From contig JBBRTL010000001.1 in assembly GCA_038244445.1 (NCBI GenBank), positions 1-45,349 of the forward strand: DNA of 45,349 nucleotides, given 5' to 3'. The notes under the pieces are model-generated. The model made no database searches, had not been told where the DNA came from, and was given only the letters and a program-made list of their open reading frames with translations. Origin of the DNA: Vulcanimicrobiales bacterium (lineage in GTDB: Bacteria; Vulcanimicrobiota; Vulcanimicrobiia; Vulcanimicrobiales; Vulcanimicrobiaceae). This document shows, one piece after another, positions 42,943 to 45,349 of the stretch (position 1 is its first letter; every line of letters begins with the position of its first letter). Both the position numbers and the translations under genes were made by a program.

Positions 42943-43415
42943 AGCGCTACCGGAATGCCGCCGCGTTCGAACGGCGAGGAGAGGACGATGGTGGTCTTGG
43001 TGCGCGCCATACCGGGAACGATCTTCAGGCGCGTGAGTAGATCGTCGAGGTGTTGGGTCGAGCGCGTCATCGCTTTGCAGATGTACGCCTCTTCGCCGGC
43101 GACGCTGTGGATCTCGACGATCTCGGGCATCGCACCGAGCACGCTCATGAAGGGTTCGTACGCACAGTCGGGCGTCGTGTAGCAACTGATGAAGGCGACG
43201 AGTTCGTAGCCGAGCCGTTTGGCATCGAGTTGGGCGGCGTAGCCGCGCACGAACCCACGCGTCTCGAGACGCTTGACGCGATCGTGGACGGCGGGCGGCT
43301 TGAGGCCGACCAGGATGCCGAGTTCGGCGAAGGTCGAGCGCGCATTCCGCTGCAGGGCGTCGAGCAGACGGAGGTCGAGTACGTCTAGGTCGGACAGTTC
43401 TGAGCGACTAATCAT
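42939..43415 (-). CDS. Lrp/AsnC-family transcriptional regulator
   Basis: 158 aa. HTH LDLRLLDALQRNARSTFAELGILVGLKPPAVHDRVKRLE, followed by a RAM/ACT-like domain. Confidence 0.92.
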   Translation of the reverse strand: MISRSELSDLDVLDLRLLDALQRNARSTFAELGILVGLKPPAVHDRVKRLETRGFVRGYAAQLDAKRLGYELVAFISCYTTPDCAYEPFMSVLGAMPEIVEIHSVAGEEAYICKAMTRSTQHLDDLLTRLKIVPGMARTKTTIVLSSPFERGGIPVAL

Positions 43416-43462
43416 TCGGAAATACCTACCTCCCCCCGAAAATCATTCGTTTGCCAGGGGTT

Positions 43463-43491
43463 ATTATACCCCGTTTGTTCGGAGATGACTA
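43463..43491 (-). promoter_or_regulatory. candidate sigma-70-type promoter for lrp-kdd-kamA
   Basis: On the minus strand there is a perfect TATAAT (43468..43463), with TAGTCA (43491..43486) 17 nt upstream. It lies 48 nt upstream of the lrp ATG, inside the only AT-rich patch (GGGGTTATTATACCCC) of the divergent region. Confidence 0.35.
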
Positions 43492-43535
43492 GAGGGGTGA
43501 CGGACCTCGGCGAGCGGGAGCCGTACAGGGCGAGG

Positions 43536-45149
43536 GTGAGGATCGCAGCAATCGCCCGTTCCGCCCTCGTGCTGGCGGCCACCCTCGTCGTCGCCGGCTG
43601 TGCCGGCTCGGGCGGCCCGGCGGCGGACAAGCACACCATGCGGTTCGATCTGGCGGCCGACCCGGCCAACCTCAACCCGCTCTTCCTCCACCAGGACGCC
43701 GCCTCGGTCGAACAGCAGCTCGCCCGCCTGGCCTTCGAGCCGTTCGTCGATCTGGACGGCAAGGGCCGCCCGGTCCCCGGCCTGCTCGCGGTCATCCCGA
43801 CGCGCGCCAACGGCGGGATCTCGGCGGATGGCCGGACGATCGTCTATCACCTGCGCCCGGACGTGAAGTGGAGCGACGGCGTACCGGTGAGCGCGGACGA
43901 CGTGCTCTACACCCTGAACGCGATCTTGGATCCGAAGAATCCGGTCCGTTCGCTCGAGGGCTACGATCTGATCGACCAGGCGAAGGCGCGCGACGCGCAC
44001 ACGGTCGTCTTTCATCTGCGTCGCGCATGGGCGCCGGCGGTGATGACCTACTTCTCGTACGGCTTTGCACCGCAGTTCGTATTGCCGGCACACGTGTTGC
44101 GCAAACAGGAGCCGCTCGCCCAAGCCGCCTTCAACGCGGCACCGACCGTCGGCGACGGACCGTACTCGTTCGTCTGGTGGCATCGCGGCGATGGGCTGCG
44201 GTATAAGGCGAATCCGACCTACTGGCGCGGCGCGCCGAAGATCGCGACGTTGGATATCCGCTTCGTGCCCGATCCGCAGACGAACCTGGTGATGCTGCAA
44301 TCCGGCTCGATCGATTGGAATTTGATCGCTCCCGTTCAACAAACGAATCTCGAAGGCGACCACGACATCGCCTACGTGCACACCCCGACCTCGGTGGTTG
44401 CCGGACTCGCGATCAACACCGCGCATCCGCCGTTCGACGATCGCAACGTCCGGCGGGCGATCGCGATGGCGATCGATCGCCCGACCATCTCGCAGAAGAT
44501 CACGCGCGGCGCCTATCCGGTGACGGATATGATCCAACCGCAGTTCTCGTGGGCGTACGATCCGACCGTCAAGCAACCCGGCTTCGATCCGAAGGGCGCG
44601 GATGCGTTGCTCGATGCGGCCGGTTGGAAGCGCGGTGCGGACGGAGTTCGCGTGAAGAACGGCAAGCGGCTAACGCTGCTCTACGTGCAGTTCCCGGAGA
44701 CGACCACCGGCGTGCGGGTCGCGACGTTCGCGCAGGCCGAACTCCAAAGCCGCGGCTTCGACGTGACCTTGAAATCGATCAGCAACGCCCAGCTCTTCCT
44801 GCCGAAGACCGGGACGCTCGCCGCCGGGAAGTTCGACCTGGCCTACGTGCCGTTCACGATGGGCGCCGATCCCGACGACTCCTCGATCTTGGGTTGCCGG
44901 GGCGCCTCGAACTACATGCGCTGGTGCGACCCGCGCGTCGACGCGCTCGAAAAGCAGGCGCTGGCCGCGACCACCCAGGCCGAGCGCAAGAGGCTCTACG
45001 CCAAGATCGGCTGGATCGTGGCCGACGAGGTTCCCGTGCTCTATCTCTTTAACGCATACTATATCTACGCGTATCGCACGCGCGTGAGCGGCTTCGCACC
45101 GAACGCCTTCCTCCCGACGTGGAACGCGTCGACCTGGTCGCTGAAGTAA
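43536..45149 (+). CDS. ABC transporter substrate-binding lipoprotein, family 5 (peptide/nickel type)
   Basis: Lipobox LVVAGC. ...LNPLF...RLAFEPFVDLDGKGRPVPGLLA...DVKWSDGVPVSADDVLYT.... GTG 43536 gives a normal-length signal peptide; ATG 43485 is the ORF-track alternative. Confidence 0.88.
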   Translation: MRIAAIARSALVLAATLVVAGCAGSGGPAADKHTMRFDLAADPANLNPLFLHQDAASVEQQLARLAFEPFVDLDGKGRPVPGLLAVIPTRANGGISADGRTIVYHLRPDVKWSDGVPVSADDVLYTLNAILDPKNPVRSLEGYDLIDQAKARDAHTVVFHLRRAWAPAVMTYFSYGFAPQFVLPAHVLRKQEPLAQAAFNAAPTVGDGPYSFVWWHRGDGLRYKANPTYWRGAPKIATLDIRFVPDPQTNLVMLQSGSIDWNLIAPVQQTNLEGDHDIAYVHTPTSVVAGLAINTAHPPFDDRNVRRAIAMAIDRPTISQKITRGAYPVTDMIQPQFSWAYDPTVKQPGFDPKGADALLDAAGWKRGADGVRVKNGKRLTLLYVQFPETTTGVRVATFAQAELQSRGFDVTLKSISNAQLFLPKTGTLAAGKFDLAYVPFTMGADPDDSSILGCRGASNYMRWCDPRVDALEKQALAATTQAERKRLYAKIGWIVADEVPVLYLFNAYYIYAYRTRVSGFAPNAFLPTWNASTWSLK

Positions 45150-45164
45150 GGGGGTACCGGAACG

Positions 45165-45349
45165 ATGGGCATCGCAGCGGCCATCTCGTGGATCTTCGCC
45201 AACACGCCGGTGTGGCTGTTCCTGGTCGCGGTGATCGTCACCGCCGTTAAACTACGCCGTGCACGCTTCGCACGCCGGGTGGTGACGGCATCCTACGTGT
45301 TGTGGGGCGAAGTGCTGTTCTACACGCTCGGCATCGGCTTCGTCTACAT
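45165..45349 (+). CDS. hypothetical membrane protein, N-terminal fragment (runs off the right edge)
   Basis: ATG 45165, open to the end of the window. MGIAAAISWIFANTPVWLFLVAVIVTAVKLRRARFARRVVTASYVLWGEVLFYTLGIGFVY has two hydrophobic helices. Confidence 0.4.
   Translation, partial: MGIAAAISWIFANTPVWLFLVAVIVTAVKLRRARFARRVVTASYVLWGEVLFYTLGIGFVY

Noticed and set aside
40333-43182. 949-aa plus-strand ORF
   Set aside because: It runs antisense through kamA, kdd and lrp, all of which have strong family signatures. The composition (R, D, V, G, A) is typical of antisense frames in high-GC DNA.
1-45349. Scan for tRNA/rRNA genes, CRISPR repeats, IS elements, integrases and toxin-antitoxin or known defence-system genes
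   Set aside because: I saw no T-loop/acceptor-like tRNA signatures, no regularly spaced short repeats, and no transposase, integrase or recognisable defence enzymes. rmuC and the LOG protein are standalone and lack the partners seen in defence contexts.

Overview
High-GC (about two-thirds G+C by eye, not computed) bacterial chromosomal segment, densely coding, with many 4-nt start/stop overlaps (ATGA/GTGA). No rRNA, tRNA, CRISPR array or transposase was recognised. The gene content (Kgd/OdhA-type oxoglutarate dehydrogenase, Ada-AlkA fusion plus ogt, minCDE-rodA, ftsEX-M23-ctp) suggests an actinobacterial or other Terrabacteria-like lineage, but this is inference only. The first half is dominated by cell division and envelope genes. 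These are a MoxR-associated membrane module (DUF58 tail, SpoIIM-like, RDD), an M48-TPR protease with a DUF697-like partner, minC-minD-minD-minE-rodA and a long RNase E. A chain follows on the minus strand: ftsE-ftsX-PAS histidine kinase-REC/GGDEF regulator-M23 peptidase-two S41 Ctp proteases. The second half is metabolic and housekeeping. It holds acyl-CoA dehydrogenase, three exported proteins including a low-GC islet, rmuC, dienelactone hydrolase, a YeiH-type transporter and a 1406-aa lipoyl-lipoyl-PSBD-E2o-E1o fusion. It also holds CMD, ada-alkA/ogt, prolyl oligopeptidase, a PNPOx-LOG-GNAT operon, SUI1, lrp-kdd-kamA and a peptide-type ABC binding protein. The most noteworthy observations are: (1) a two-component pair with a GGDDF-variant cyclase domain translationally chained between ftsEX and its presumed M23 hydrolase partner; (2) tandem minD paralogues plus a tailed MinE; (3) the complete E2o-E1o fusion that retains two lipoyl domains; (4) an 11-bp-phased TGTGG repeat array, including a perfect DnaA-box 9-mer, in the divergent region upstream of minC; (5) kdd-kamA without the intervening beta-lysine mutase. 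The many long antisense or alternate-frame ORFs in the track are treated as high-GC artefacts.
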